DNA of 32,000 nt from Kineococcus radiotolerans SRS30216 = ATCC BAA-149 (GCF_000017305.1 NC_009664.2:660001-692000), one strand, 5' to 3'; numbered from the stretch's first letter, positions 8,351 to 16,835 are shown. Numbers and translations: made by a program. The notes: a model not told the origin generated them from the sequence alone.

Positions 8351-9349
8351 CTACCGCAGCTCGGCGAGCTCGTCGGCCCAGTCGCCGAGGGCGAGGGGTG
8401 TCTCGACCGCGACCGCCCGCGGCTCGAACCACACGCACTTGCCCGGGCCGCTCCGCTCGGGCAGCACCTCCACGCCCCAGGCGGAGGAGACGGCCGCGAC
8501 CAGCTGCAACCCCCGCCCGGTGGTGGCGGCGGGCCCGTGGTGGCGGGTCTGCACGGGGGTGGGCGAGGTGTCGCTGACCTCCACCCGCACCCCGCCGGCG
8601 GGTGTGGTGCGCACGGTGACGGTGGAGGGGGTGCCGGCGTGCAGCACGGCGTTGGTGACCAGTTCGGAGACGGCGAGCTCACCGGACTCCTCCAGGTGGG
8701 CGGCGTCCAGCTCGCGCAGGACCCGGCGCACGTAGCGGCGGGCCTGCGACACCGCCCCCGCGCCCACGTCGACCACCAGCGGCGCTCCGGCCACCGTCCC
8801 GGGGGCCGTCCCGGGGGCCGCTGCGGGGGCCGGGACCGCGGCCCCGCCGGGCGACCCCGCCGGGGCCGGCCGCTCCCCCCGCCGGGAACCGGGCCAGGGG
8901 TGCGGCGCCTCCCCGCGCAGCTGGCCCAGGATCTCCGCGAACATCCAGCGCCGGAAGGCCACCAGCTCCGCGGGGGTCGGCAGCGTGAGCAGGTGCTGCT
9001 GGGCGCGGCAGAAGTCGTCGGCCTCCTCCAGCACGGCGTCCAGGTGGGCGACCCAGCCGGCGGAGAGCGGGGACGCGGCGTAGACGGCGTCGAAGAACTC
9101 CTCCCCGGCGGCGAGCGCGGCGTCCATGGCCCCCGCGCGCTGGGCCCGGTAGGGCGCGTAGGTGGTGTCGAGGTCCACGGCCAGCTCCAGCAGCCGCGCC
9201 GGCCACGAACCGCCGGCTCCCTGCGCCTCGCCGACACGGACGAGGGCCAGTTCCCTCAGCAACCCCTCGACGTGGACGCTCAGGCGCGCCCGGTGCCGCA
9301 GCGGCAGGCCGAGCAGCCGCACCTCGACGGCCCCCTCACCCCCGGTCAC
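8351..9349 (-). CDS. HATPase_c-type ATP-binding protein (anti-sigma factor / Ser kinase-like, RsbW/SpoIIAB class) with an unrecognised ~190-aa N-terminal domain
   Basis: The C-terminus reads AVSQARRYVRRVLRELDAAHLEESGELAVSELVTNAVLHAGTPSTVTVRTTPAGGVRVEVSDTSP...TGRGLQLVAAVSSAWGVE, showing an N-box and a G-box. A Pro/Ala-rich linker (PAPAGSPGGAAVPAPAAAPGTAPGT) precedes it. The N-terminal region VEVRLLGLPLRHRARLSVHVEGLLRELALV... is helical and I cannot name it. I place the start at GTG 9349, uncertain by about 10 codons. The track ORF extends to 9808 but overlaps the esterase gene. Confidence 0.65.
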   Translation of the reverse strand: MTGGEGAVEVRLLGLPLRHRARLSVHVEGLLRELALVRVGEAQGAGGSWPARLLELAVDLDTTYAPYRAQRAGAMDAALAAGEEFFDAVYAASPLSAGWVAHLDAVLEEADDFCRAQQHLLTLPTPAELVAFRRWMFAEILGQLRGEAPHPWPGSRRGERPAPAGSPGGAAVPAPAAAPGTAPGTVAGAPLVVDVGAGAVSQARRYVRRVLRELDAAHLEESGELAVSELVTNAVLHAGTPSTVTVRTTPAGGVRVEVSDTSPTPVQTRHHGPAATTGRGLQLVAAVSSAWGVEVLPERSGPGKCVWFEPRAVAVETPLALGDWADELAELR

Positions 9350-9393
9350 CCCACCACCATCGCACAGGGCGGTCGGCGGGCGCTGCGGCCGCA

Positions 9394-9410
9394 CGGGGGC
9401 CGCGCCCCCG
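9394..9410 (-). terminator. Small GC hairpin just downstream of the esterase stop
   Basis: CGGGGGC-cgc-GCCCCCG has a 7-bp stem and a 3-nt loop. It ends 4 nt from the esterase stop codon (9415-9417). No U-tract. Confidence 0.3.
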
Positions 9411-9414
9411 GCCC

Positions 9415-10977
9415 TCACCCCCGGGCGGTGGCCACCGGGGAGCCGTCGTAGGGCCGGAACCCGACGCCCGCCCAGATCCGCTCGCGGGGGTCCGGGGCGC
9501 GGTCGAGGGCGTCCCGGGAACCCCAGACGTGCACGGGGGTCCCGTCGGCCCCCGCCGCCGGCCAGCCCGGGTCGCCGCTCGCCGCGAACGACGTCCACGC
9601 CGCGACCATCCGCCGCGACAGCGCCGCGGCGGCCGGGGTGGGGAACACCCCCCGCAGCCGCGACGGCGCACCCGGCACCCGGCGGGCCAGCGGGAGGACG
9701 GGGACGGCGTGCAGGAACAGCTCCATCGCCCGCGGGTTGCCGAAGGCGAACGGCACGTCGAGGCCGTGGGTCGCCCCGAACCGCCCGCCCAGCGCCGGGG
9801 AGCGCCACGTGAAGCGGGAGAGGAACGTCCGGCCCCCGCGCGCGGCGTGGGCCCGGGCGAACCGCCGGGAGGGTTCGGCGAACAGGGCGTCGCTGAGCAG
9901 CGCGTCACCCACGGCACCGGGACCGGCCGAGGGCAGCAGCTCGCGGTACCCCGCCACCGCCGCGGGCGGCAGACCGACCGCCGCCGCGAACGCCGCGACG
10001 TCGGCCCACTCCTTGGCCACGGGGGCGAAACCGCTGCGGGAGAACAGCGTCCACTCGTCGGCGACGGTGGAGACCATGAGGTCCACCGCCGGGTCGCCGC
10101 CGGCGCCGGGCCCTTCCACGAAGGGGCCGGGGACGATCTCCCCGTCCACCACGGGGTGGTAGAGCAGCGGCACCGCACCCCGCGGGCCGGCGTCGGGGTC
10201 GGCGGCGAGGTCCTGCGCCACGGCGTCGGAGGCGGCCAGCAACCGGATCGGCGGCAGCCCCGCGAACCCGGCGCGGTCGAAGGGGACCCGCGCCGCCCGC
10301 GCGACGCGGGCGGCCACCCGCTCGGCCTGGGCGACGGTGTACGTCTCCGCCGTGACGCTGGCGGCGATCGCGCGGGTGAACAGCCCCCGCGCGGCCGGGG
10401 CGCACATCAGCGCGGCCACCGAGGTCGCCCCCGCGGACTGGCCCGCGATCGTCACCCGGGCGGGGTCGCCGCCGAACGCGGCGACGTTCTCCTGCACCCA
10501 GCGCAGCGCCGCCACCTGGTCGAGCAGGCCCCGGTTGTGCGGGGCGCCGGGGACGGCCCCGAAGCCCTCGAAGCCCAGGCGGTAGTTCATGGAGACGACG
10601 ACGAACCCGCGCGCCACCCAGGCCGCCGGGTGGTACTCCGGCGCCGAACCGGACCCCGAGACCCAGCCCCCGCCGTGGATCCACACCAGGACCGGCAGGT
10701 CGTGCGGGGACCCGGCGGGCACGTGGACGTCCAGGGTCAGGTGGTCCTCGCCCGCGGAGTGGCTCCAGCCGTAGCCGGAGCGGGGGTCCTGGGGGGCCAC
10801 CGGCGAGGGCGCGACGGCCTCCCGGACCCCCTCCCAGGCCTCGGCCGGGGCGGGGGCGGCGAACCGCCGCAGCCCCACCGGGGCCGCGGCGTAGGGGATG
10901 CCGAGGAAGGAGACCACCCCGCGCCGGGCCGGGCGGGACCGGACCGCGCCCGCCGTCGTCGCCACGACCCTGGGCAT
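9415..10977 (-). CDS. Carboxylesterase/lipase, type B family (alpha/beta hydrolase)
   Basis: Key segments are FLGIPYAAAPVGLRRF, VLVWIHGGGWVSGSGS and the nucleophile elbow TIAGQSAGATS. The ATG at 10977 is preceded by GGAGGAG with a 7-nt spacer. The track's longer start at 11097 would abut the ptsI stop and adds a non-homologous-looking leader. Confidence 0.85.
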   Translation of the reverse strand: MPRVVATTAGAVRSRPARRGVVSFLGIPYAAAPVGLRRFAAPAPAEAWEGVREAVAPSPVAPQDPRSGYGWSHSAGEDHLTLDVHVPAGSPHDLPVLVWIHGGGWVSGSGSAPEYHPAAWVARGFVVVSMNYRLGFEGFGAVPGAPHNRGLLDQVAALRWVQENVAAFGGDPARVTIAGQSAGATSVAALMCAPAARGLFTRAIAASVTAETYTVAQAERVAARVARAARVPFDRAGFAGLPPIRLLAASDAVAQDLAADPDAGPRGAVPLLYHPVVDGEIVPGPFVEGPGAGGDPAVDLMVSTVADEWTLFSRSGFAPVAKEWADVAAFAAAVGLPPAAVAGYRELLPSAGPGAVGDALLSDALFAEPSRRFARAHAARGGRTFLSRFTWRSPALGGRFGATHGLDVPFAFGNPRAMELFLHAVPVLPLARRVPGAPSRLRGVFPTPAAAALSRRMVAAWTSFAASGDPGWPAAGADGTPVHVWGSRDALDRAPDPRERIWAGVGFRPYDGSPVATARG

Positions 10978-11019
10978 CCCCGCGCTCCTCCCGACGTCAC
11001 GGCGCGCGTTCCGGAGGAA

Positions 11020-11056
11020 CCCCTCGACGAGGCCGGGGGGACGTCCCGTCGAGGGG
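11020..11056 (-). terminator. Hairpin between the ptsI stop and the esterase start (candidate terminator of the fru/pts operon)
   Basis: Perfect 10-bp arms CCCCTCGACG ... CGTCGAGGGG flank a 17-nt loop that itself contains the palindrome GGACGTCC. A further direct copy of CCGTCGAG follows. Confidence 0.4.
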
Positions 11057-11098
11057 TCCGTCGAGAACGCGCGACGTGCTGCTCGTACGGGGAGCACG

Positions 11099-12772
11099 TT
11101 ACAGCGCCAGGACCCCCGGGTCGGCCAGCCCCGCCGCCGCGTCGCGGGCCCCGGCGGGCGAGTCCGCCGCCAGGGCCGCTGCGGCCATCGCCCGGCAGGT
11201 CGCGGCGTCGGTGCGGGCCAGGGCGGAGCGGACCGCGGGCACCGCGGCGGGGGCCATCGAGAGGCTGGTGACCCCCAGCCCCACCAGGACCAGGGCCAGC
11301 AGCGGGTCGCGGGCGGCCTCCCCGCAGACCCCGACCGGTGCCCCGCGCGCGGCCCCGGCCGACCCGGTGAGACCCACCAGCTGCAGCACCGCGGGCTGCC
11401 ACGGGTCCAGCAGCTCGGCCAGGTCCCCGGCGAGGCGGTCGGCGGCCATGGCGTACTGGGTCAGGTCGTTGGTGCCGACGCTGACGAAGTCGAGCCCGGC
11501 GGCCAGCAGCTGCGGGGCCCGCAGCGCGGCCGCGGGGACCTCGACCATGGCCCCGACGCGGTTCAGGCCGGCGGCCCGGGCGCGGGCCGCGAAGCCGGCG
11601 GCCTCCTGCGCGGTGGCGACCATGGGCGCCATCACCCAGGGCTGGGTCCCGCTGGCCCTCGCCGCCGCGGCGAGGGCGCCGAGCTGCGTGTCGAGGAGGG
11701 CGGGGTGGCGGCGGGCGGTCCGCAGGCCGCGGACCCCCAGCGCCGGGTTCTCCTCCGCCGCCGCCTCGACGAAGGCCAGCGGCTTGTCCGCGCCGGCGTC
11801 GAGGGTGCGCACGACGACCTTGCGCTCGCCGAACGCCCGCAGCACCCGGGCGTACACCTCGGCCTGCTCCTCCAGCGTCGGGGCGGTGGTCCGCTCCAGG
11901 AAGAGGACCTCGGTGCGGAACAGGCCCACGCCCTCGACGTCCAGCGCCGCAGCGCGTTCGGCGTCCTCGAGGGTCCCCACGTTGGCCAGCAGCTGCACGG
12001 CGACGCCGTCGGCGGTGCGGCCGGGGCCGCCGGCGGAGCGGGCGAGCTCGGCGCGCGCGGCGCGACGGGCCCCGACGGCCGAGCGCAGCTCCACCCCGGG
12101 GTGGAGGGTGACGGTGCCCGCGCGGGCGTCCAGCGCGAGCTCCGCCCCGTCGGGCAGGTCCAGGGCCCCGGCGACGCGCACGACGCAGGGGATGTCGAAC
12201 TGGGCGGCGATGATCGCGGTGTGGCTCGTGGGGCCGCCGAGCTCGGTGACGATGCCGACGACCCGCGTCAGGTCCAGCGCGGCGGTGTCGGCCGGGGCGA
12301 GGTCGCGGGCGACGACGACGGAGGGGCCGGTGAGGTCGGGGACGCCGGGTTCGGGCAGCCCGAGGACCCGGGCCACGACCCGGTCCCGCACGTCGCGCAG
12401 GTCGGTGACCCGCTCGGCCAGGTAGGGCCCGCTCGCGGCGAGCAGGTCGCAGAACGTCTCGACGGCCTCGTCGACGGCCGTCGCGGGGCCGGTGCCGAGC
12501 CCGAGGCGGCGGTCCACCTCGGCCAGCAGGCCGGGGTCGGCGGCCATCAGCGCGGTCGCCCGCAGGACGTCGGCCGTCGTCCCGCCGGCCCGGTCCGCCC
12601 GGGCGCGCAGCGCGTCGGCGACGGCGTCGAACGCCGCCCGGACGTCGGCGCCCGCGGTGGCGGGGTCGGTCGCGGCGGGTTCGTCGGCCGGCGGCCGGGC
12701 GGCGGGCGCGAGCACGACCGCCGCCCCGACCGCGGCGCCGGTGCCGACGCCCACCCCGGTGAGCTCACGCAT
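11099..12772 (-). CDS. ptsI: Phosphoenolpyruvate-protein phosphotransferase (PTS Enzyme I)
   Basis: 557 aa. Key segments are MRELTGVGVGTGAAVG..., GGPTSHTAIIAAQFDIPCVV (active-site His region), FRTEVLFLER, and a PEP-utilising C-terminal TIM barrel with SVGTNDLTQY and CGE. The start overlaps the ptsH stop by 8 nt. Confidence 0.93.
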   Translation of the reverse strand: MRELTGVGVGTGAAVGAAVVLAPAARPPADEPAATDPATAGADVRAAFDAVADALRARADRAGGTTADVLRATALMAADPGLLAEVDRRLGLGTGPATAVDEAVETFCDLLAASGPYLAERVTDLRDVRDRVVARVLGLPEPGVPDLTGPSVVVARDLAPADTAALDLTRVVGIVTELGGPTSHTAIIAAQFDIPCVVRVAGALDLPDGAELALDARAGTVTLHPGVELRSAVGARRAARAELARSAGGPGRTADGVAVQLLANVGTLEDAERAAALDVEGVGLFRTEVLFLERTTAPTLEEQAEVYARVLRAFGERKVVVRTLDAGADKPLAFVEAAAEENPALGVRGLRTARRHPALLDTQLGALAAAARASGTQPWVMAPMVATAQEAAGFAARARAAGLNRVGAMVEVPAAALRAPQLLAAGLDFVSVGTNDLTQYAMAADRLAGDLAELLDPWQPAVLQLVGLTGSAGAARGAPVGVCGEAARDPLLALVLVGLGVTSLSMAPAAVPAVRSALARTDAATCRAMAAAALAADSPAGARDAAAGLADPGVLAL

Positions 12773-13037
12773 CGTGGTCGGTCTCCACGAGGCCGGCGAG
12801 GGTGGCGAGGGCCTCCTCGGCCCCCTCCCCCTCGGCGGACAGGACGACCCGGTCGCCGTGCCGGGCGCCCAGCCCCATGACCATGAGGATGCTGCGGGCG
12901 TCGACGGGGTCGCCGGACCCGACGGCGATGGTGACCGGCAGCCCGGTCGCCGCGGCGGCCTGGACGAACAGCGACGCGGGGCGGGCGTGCAGGCCGACGC
13001 GGGAGGCGACGACAGCGGTGCGGGTGGCGGTGGACAC
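12765..13037 (-). CDS. ptsH: HPr family phosphocarrier protein
   Basis: 90 aa. VASRVGLHARPASLFV carries the His-15 context, and DARSILMVMGLG carries the Ser-46 context. The GTG start is preceded by GGAGG with a 6-nt spacer. Confidence 0.9.
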   Translation of the reverse strand: MSTATRTAVVASRVGLHARPASLFVQAAAATGLPVTIAVGSGDPVDARSILMVMGLGARHGDRVVLSAEGEGAEEALATLAGLVETDHDA

Positions 13038-13064
13038 GGGTTGCCTCCGGGGTTCTCGGGTCGC

Positions 13065-14561
13065 TCAGGCGGGGGTGGTCTGGGTGCTGCGGGTGCCGGC
13101 GGGCGCGTCGGCGGCCGGGGGCACCTCGCGGTGCAGGCCCTTGAGGACGATCACGGCGGCGGCGGTGACCGCGGTGCCGAGGAGGATCGCGACGAGGTAC
13201 AGCAGCGGCTGCCCGACGAGGCCGAGGACGACGACGCCGCCGTGCGGGGCGCGCAGGGTGTTGTCGAAGAGCATCGTCAGGCCGCCGGTGAGGCCGGAGC
13301 CGATCATCGCGGCGGGGATGATGCGCAGCGGGGCGGCGGCGGCGAACGGGATCGCGCCCTCGGTGATGAAGAAGGCGCCGAGCAGGACCGCGGCCTTGCC
13401 GTTCTGCCGCTCGGCCTCGGTGAACAGGGCCCTGCGGACGAACGTGGCCAGCGCGATGCCCAGCGGCGGGGTCATGCCGGCGGCCATCACCGCGGCCATC
13501 ACCTTCAGCTCCACGGGGTCGCCGGAACTGGTCGCGGCGGTGGCCAGGCCGGTGGTCGCGAAGGTGTAGGCGACCTTGTTGATCGGGCCGCCGAGGTCGG
13601 CGGCCATCATGACGCCGAGGATCACCCCGAGCAGGACGATCCCGCTGCCGGAGAGGGAGTTCAGCCCGTCGGTGAGCTGCTCCATGAGCCAGGCGATGGG
13701 GCGGCCGAGGACGACGAGCATCGCGCCGGCGGTGAGGAACGTCGCCACCAGCGGGATGACGACGACGGGCATGATGCCGCGCACGGCGTTCGGCACCTTC
13801 AGCCGAGCCAGGCCCAAGGCGACGAAACCGCCGAGGAAACCGGCGGCGAGGCCGCCGAGGAAACCCGCGCCCACGGTCACGGCGATGGTGCCGCCGACGA
13901 AACCCGGGGCGATGCCCGGGCGGTCGGCGATGCCGAACGCGATGAACCCGGCGAGGACGGGGACGAGGAACCCGAAGGCCGCACCGCCGAGGACGAACAG
14001 CAGACCGGCCCAGTCGCGGCCGGACAGCGGGTCGAACCCGGAGATGAGGTCGGCGGCGGTGACGTCGGAGATCTGGTACCCGCCGATGAGGAAGGCGAGC
14101 GCGATCATGATGCCGCCGGCGGCGACGAACGGGATCATGTAGCTGACCCCGGTCATGAGCCACTGCCGCACGCGGGTGCCCACCCCGGCGTTCGAGGTGA
14201 CCCTGCTGGCCAGCGCGGGACCGGCCGCGGGGGCCGGGGTCGACCCCTTCGGGGCGGCCTCGACGGCCGCGACCGCGGCGGCCACGACCCCGGGGGCATC
14301 GGCGACGGCCTTCTTCACCCCGACGTCGACGGAGGGCAGCCCGGCGAACCGGTCCTTGTCGCGGACCTCGAGGTCGGCGGCGTAGATGACGCCGTCGGCG
14401 GCGGCGATGACAGCCGGGTCGAACGGGGCCGAGCCCGCCGCCCCCTGCGTCTCGACCTGGACCTCGTGCCCGGCCTCGCGTCCGGCGACCTCGAGGGCCT
14501 CGGCGGCCATGTACGTGTGGGCGATGCCCGTGGGGCAGCTGGTGATCGCGACGAACTTCAT
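13065..14561 (-). CDS. fruA: PTS fructose-family transporter subunit IIBC
   Basis: 498 aa. The N-terminus MKFVAITSCPTGIAHTYMAAEAL is a IIB-Fru domain with the active Cys. A polytopic IIC domain follows (GGPINKVAYTFA, ITEGAIPFAA). Confidence 0.9.
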   Translation of the reverse strand: MKFVAITSCPTGIAHTYMAAEALEVAGREAGHEVQVETQGAAGSAPFDPAVIAAADGVIYAADLEVRDKDRFAGLPSVDVGVKKAVADAPGVVAAAVAAVEAAPKGSTPAPAAGPALASRVTSNAGVGTRVRQWLMTGVSYMIPFVAAGGIMIALAFLIGGYQISDVTAADLISGFDPLSGRDWAGLLFVLGGAAFGFLVPVLAGFIAFGIADRPGIAPGFVGGTIAVTVGAGFLGGLAAGFLGGFVALGLARLKVPNAVRGIMPVVVIPLVATFLTAGAMLVVLGRPIAWLMEQLTDGLNSLSGSGIVLLGVILGVMMAADLGGPINKVAYTFATTGLATAATSSGDPVELKVMAAVMAAGMTPPLGIALATFVRRALFTEAERQNGKAAVLLGAFFITEGAIPFAAAAPLRIIPAAMIGSGLTGGLTMLFDNTLRAPHGGVVVLGLVGQPLLYLVAILLGTAVTAAAVIVLKGLHREVPPAADAPAGTRSTQTTPA

Positions 14562-15016
14562 CGTCCGTACACCTCTTTCAGGACGGTCGAGGCGACGGCT
14601 GCGGCGTCGGGGGCCTCGAGGAGGGATTCGCGGAAGGAGGCGTGCACGAGCTTGCGGGCGAGCGCGGCGAGGATCGTCAGGTGGTCGGCCTCGCCGGTGG
14701 TGGGCGCGGCGATGAGGAAGACGAGGGTGGCGGGGCCGTCGGGGGCGCCCCAGTCGACGCCCCCGCCGGAGACGACGCGGCCGATGGCGAGGCTGGGGAC
14801 GGTGACGGCCGCCGAGCGGGCGTGGGGCAGGCCGATGCCGCCGGGGATCCCGGTGGCCATCTGCTCCTCGCGGGCGGCGACGTCGGCGAGGAACCGCTCG
14901 AGGTCGGTCACCCGGCCGGCGTCGGCGAGGGTCTGCCCGAGCTGCCGGGTGGCGTCGACGCGGTCGGTGGCCCTCAGGTCGACGAGGACGAGTTCGGGTG
15001 CGGTCAGATCGGTCAT
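14558..15016 (-). CDS. PTS sugar transporter subunit IIA (fructose/mannitol type, PTS_EIIA_2)
   Basis: Key segments are MTDLTAPELVLVDLRATDRVDATRQL...EEQMATGIPGGIGLPHARS (active His)...LVFLIAAP...HLTILAALARKL. The ATG at 15016 overlaps the fruK stop as ATGA, and its own stop overlaps the IIBC ATG as ATGA. The 82 extra N-terminal residues in the track ORF are Arg/Pro-rich read-through inside fruK. Confidence 0.85.
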   Translation of the reverse strand: MTDLTAPELVLVDLRATDRVDATRQLGQTLADAGRVTDLERFLADVAAREEQMATGIPGGIGLPHARSAAVTVPSLAIGRVVSGGGVDWGAPDGPATLVFLIAAPTTGEADHLTILAALARKLVHASFRESLLEAPDAAAVASTVLKEVYGR

Positions 15017-15972
15017 CGCTGCAGGTCCTTCACGAGGGTTTCGGGATCGGGATCGGGCAGGACGCGGACGCCGGGGGCGGCCGCCAGGGTCTCGGTGGGC
15101 CCGGGGACGCTGCTGCCGGGCAGCAGGACGGCCGCGCGGCCCCAGGCCATGGCGGTCGAGAGCCGTTGCGCAGCAGGGGCTCCGGTGTGCAGGTAGCCGG
15201 CGAGGGTGCAGTCCCCCGCCCCGACGGTGCTGAGGGGGACGAGGGGTTCCCCACCCCCCCACCAGACGCCGTCGCCGGTCACCAGCAGCGCACCCCCGCC
15301 GCCGAGGCTGACGAGGACCTCGCCGACCCCGCGGGTGCGCAGTTCCCGGGCGGCCGCCACGACGTCGCCCACGGTGAGGAGTTCCCGGCCGAGGAGTTCG
15401 CCGAGCTCCTCCTGGTTGGGTTTCACCAGGTCCGGTCCGGCGTCCACGGCGGCGGCGAGCGCGGGGCCGGAGGTGTCCACGGCGGAGCGGACCCCGGCGG
15501 CCCGGGCGGCGCGGACGAACCGGGCGTGCAGGTCGGAGGGGGCTCCCGGGGGGAGGCTGCCGCTGGCGACCAGCCAGTCCGGTCGCACGGTGAGGCGGGC
15601 GGTCACGACCCGCAGGAGCGCGTCGAGCTCGGGGCCGGACAGCCGCGGACCGGGTTCGTTGAGCTTGGTCGTCGTGCCGTCGGCCTCGACGACGGTCGTG
15701 TTGGTGCGGATCGTGCCGGTGATGGCCACCGTGACCGCGTCGACGCGCTGCGGGGCGAGCAGGACCTCCAGCCGGTCGCCGTCGACGCCGCCGGAGGGCA
15801 GGACGGCGGTGGCCCGGTGGTCGTGGCGGGCCAGGGCGCGGGCGACGTTGACGCCCTTGCCGCCGGCCTCGACGGTCCCGGAGAGCGCGCGGTGCACCTC
15901 GCCGCGGGTGAGGGTCGCGAGCTCGACGGTGTGGTCGATGCTCGGGTTGGGGGTGACGGTGAGGACGTTCAC
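15013..15972 (-). CDS. fruK: 1-phosphofructokinase (PfkB family)
   Basis: 319 aa. Key segments are MNVLTVTPNPSIDHTV, GGKGVNVARAL, LVKPNQEELGEL and STVGAGDCTLAGYL. It sits between fruR and the fructose PTS genes. Its GTG start overlaps the fruR stop as GTGA. Confidence 0.88.
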   Translation of the reverse strand: MNVLTVTPNPSIDHTVELATLTRGEVHRALSGTVEAGGKGVNVARALARHDHRATAVLPSGGVDGDRLEVLLAPQRVDAVTVAITGTIRTNTTVVEADGTTTKLNEPGPRLSGPELDALLRVVTARLTVRPDWLVASGSLPPGAPSDLHARFVRAARAAGVRSAVDTSGPALAAAVDAGPDLVKPNQEELGELLGRELLTVGDVVAAARELRTRGVGEVLVSLGGGGALLVTGDGVWWGGGEPLVPLSTVGAGDCTLAGYLHTGAPAAQRLSTAMAWGRAAVLLPGSSVPGPTETLAAAPGVRVLPDPDPETLVKDLQR

Positions 15973-16730
15973 GCCCGCACGACCCGGGGGCCGGCGGCCT
16001 CGACGTCGGAGACGATGCCGGGGTCGGTGGCGGTGTCGGTGATCACGGTGTCGACGGCCTCCAGGTCTGCGACGTGGGCGAAGTCGTCGCGGCCGAACTT
16101 GGTGTGGTCGGCGAGGACGACGGTGCGCCGGGCGGAGGAGATGAGCGCGCGCTTCACGGCCGCCTCGGCGAGGTCGGGGGTGGTGAGGCCGCGCTCGACG
16201 GTGAGGGCGTTGGTGCCGAGGAAGCAGACGTCGGCGAAGACCTCGGCGAGCGCGCGCTCGGCCCAGCCGCCGACGGCGGCCAGGGTGCGCCCGCGCACGG
16301 TGCCCCCCACGAGGTGGAGGGTGAGGTTGGGGCGGTCGGCCACGACCACCGCGATGGGCAGGGCGTGGGTGACGACGACGAGCTCGCGGTCGGTGGGCAG
16401 GAGCTCGGCGAAGCGGGCCGTCGTGGTCCCGGCGTCGAGGATCAGGGTCCCCCCGTCGGGGAGCTCGGCGAGCGCGGCCAGGGCGATGCGGTCCTTCTCG
16501 GCGCCGGCGACGTCCTGCCGCTCGGGCACCGCGAGCTCGGCGCCGAGGCGCTCGACGGGGATGGCCCCGCCGTGGACGCGGCGCAGGACCCCGCGCCGCT
16601 CCAGGACGGTGAGGTCGCGGCGGATCGTCTCGGGCGTCACGTCGAGGCGGTCGGCCAGGGCGCTGACCTCGACCCGGCCCGCCTCGCGGGCCGCGTCGAG
16701 GATGGCCTGGTGCCGCTCCGGTGCGTACAT
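15969..16730 (-). CDS. fruR: DeoR family transcriptional regulator of the fructose operon
   Basis: 253 aa. The N-terminal wHTH is RHQAILDAAREAGRVEVSALADRLDVTPETIRRDLTVLERRGVLRRVHGGA. The C-terminal DeoR sugar-binding domain contains LILDAGTTT and TVITD. The ATG is preceded by GGAG with a 7-nt spacer. Confidence 0.85.
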   Translation of the reverse strand: MYAPERHQAILDAAREAGRVEVSALADRLDVTPETIRRDLTVLERRGVLRRVHGGAIPVERLGAELAVPERQDVAGAEKDRIALAALAELPDGGTLILDAGTTTARFAELLPTDRELVVVTHALPIAVVVADRPNLTLHLVGGTVRGRTLAAVGGWAERALAEVFADVCFLGTNALTVERGLTTPDLAEAAVKRALISSARRTVVLADHTKFGRDDFAHVADLEAVDTVITDTATDPGIVSDVEAAGPRVVRA

Positions 16731-16759
16731 CGATCGACTCCGTCGTCTGGTCGTGCGGG

Positions 16760-16791
16760 CTGAACCGGGCCCAGTTCTACGCCCGGTTCAG
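16760..16791. promoter_or_regulatory. Perfect 11-bp inverted repeat CTGAACCGGGC-N10-GCCCGGTTCAG upstream of fruR (candidate operator bracketing a candidate -10)
   Basis: It lies 30-61 nt upstream of the fruR ATG. The minus strand reads TTGACT (16803-16798), an 18-nt spacer, then TAGAAC (16779-16774). The -10-like hexamer therefore sits in the loop between the two arms. That hexamer is imperfect (last base C). Confidence 0.4.
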
Positions 16792-16820
16792 GCACGAAGT
16801 CAAGCGAACGGACTCAACCA

Positions 16821-16835
16821 GACCCGAAACGGGTC
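16821..16835 (-). terminator. Candidate intrinsic terminator of parE
   Basis: GACCCG-aaa-CGGGTC lies 19 nt downstream of the parE stop (16854). On the minus-strand RNA it is followed by UGGUUGAGU. It is flanked by the 9-bp direct repeat CGAACGGAC (16805-16813 and 16836-16844). Confidence 0.4.

Noticed and set aside
6796-9237. 813-aa ORF that would fuse the BVMO to a long N-terminal extension
   Set aside because: The extension is Pro/Arg/Trp-rich nonsense. It overlaps, in a different frame, the HATPase gene, which has genuine N-box/G-box motifs. An in-frame GTG at 8265 with a GGAGAG SD gives a normal-length BVMO.
9415-11097. Longer esterase start (GTG at 11097), directly abutting the ptsI stop
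   Set aside because: The ATG at 10977 has a strong GGAGGAG SD at 7 nt and yields a typical ~520-aa type B carboxylesterase. The extra 40 residues lack homology-like character, and the region contains a 10-bp-stem hairpin that fits a terminator better.
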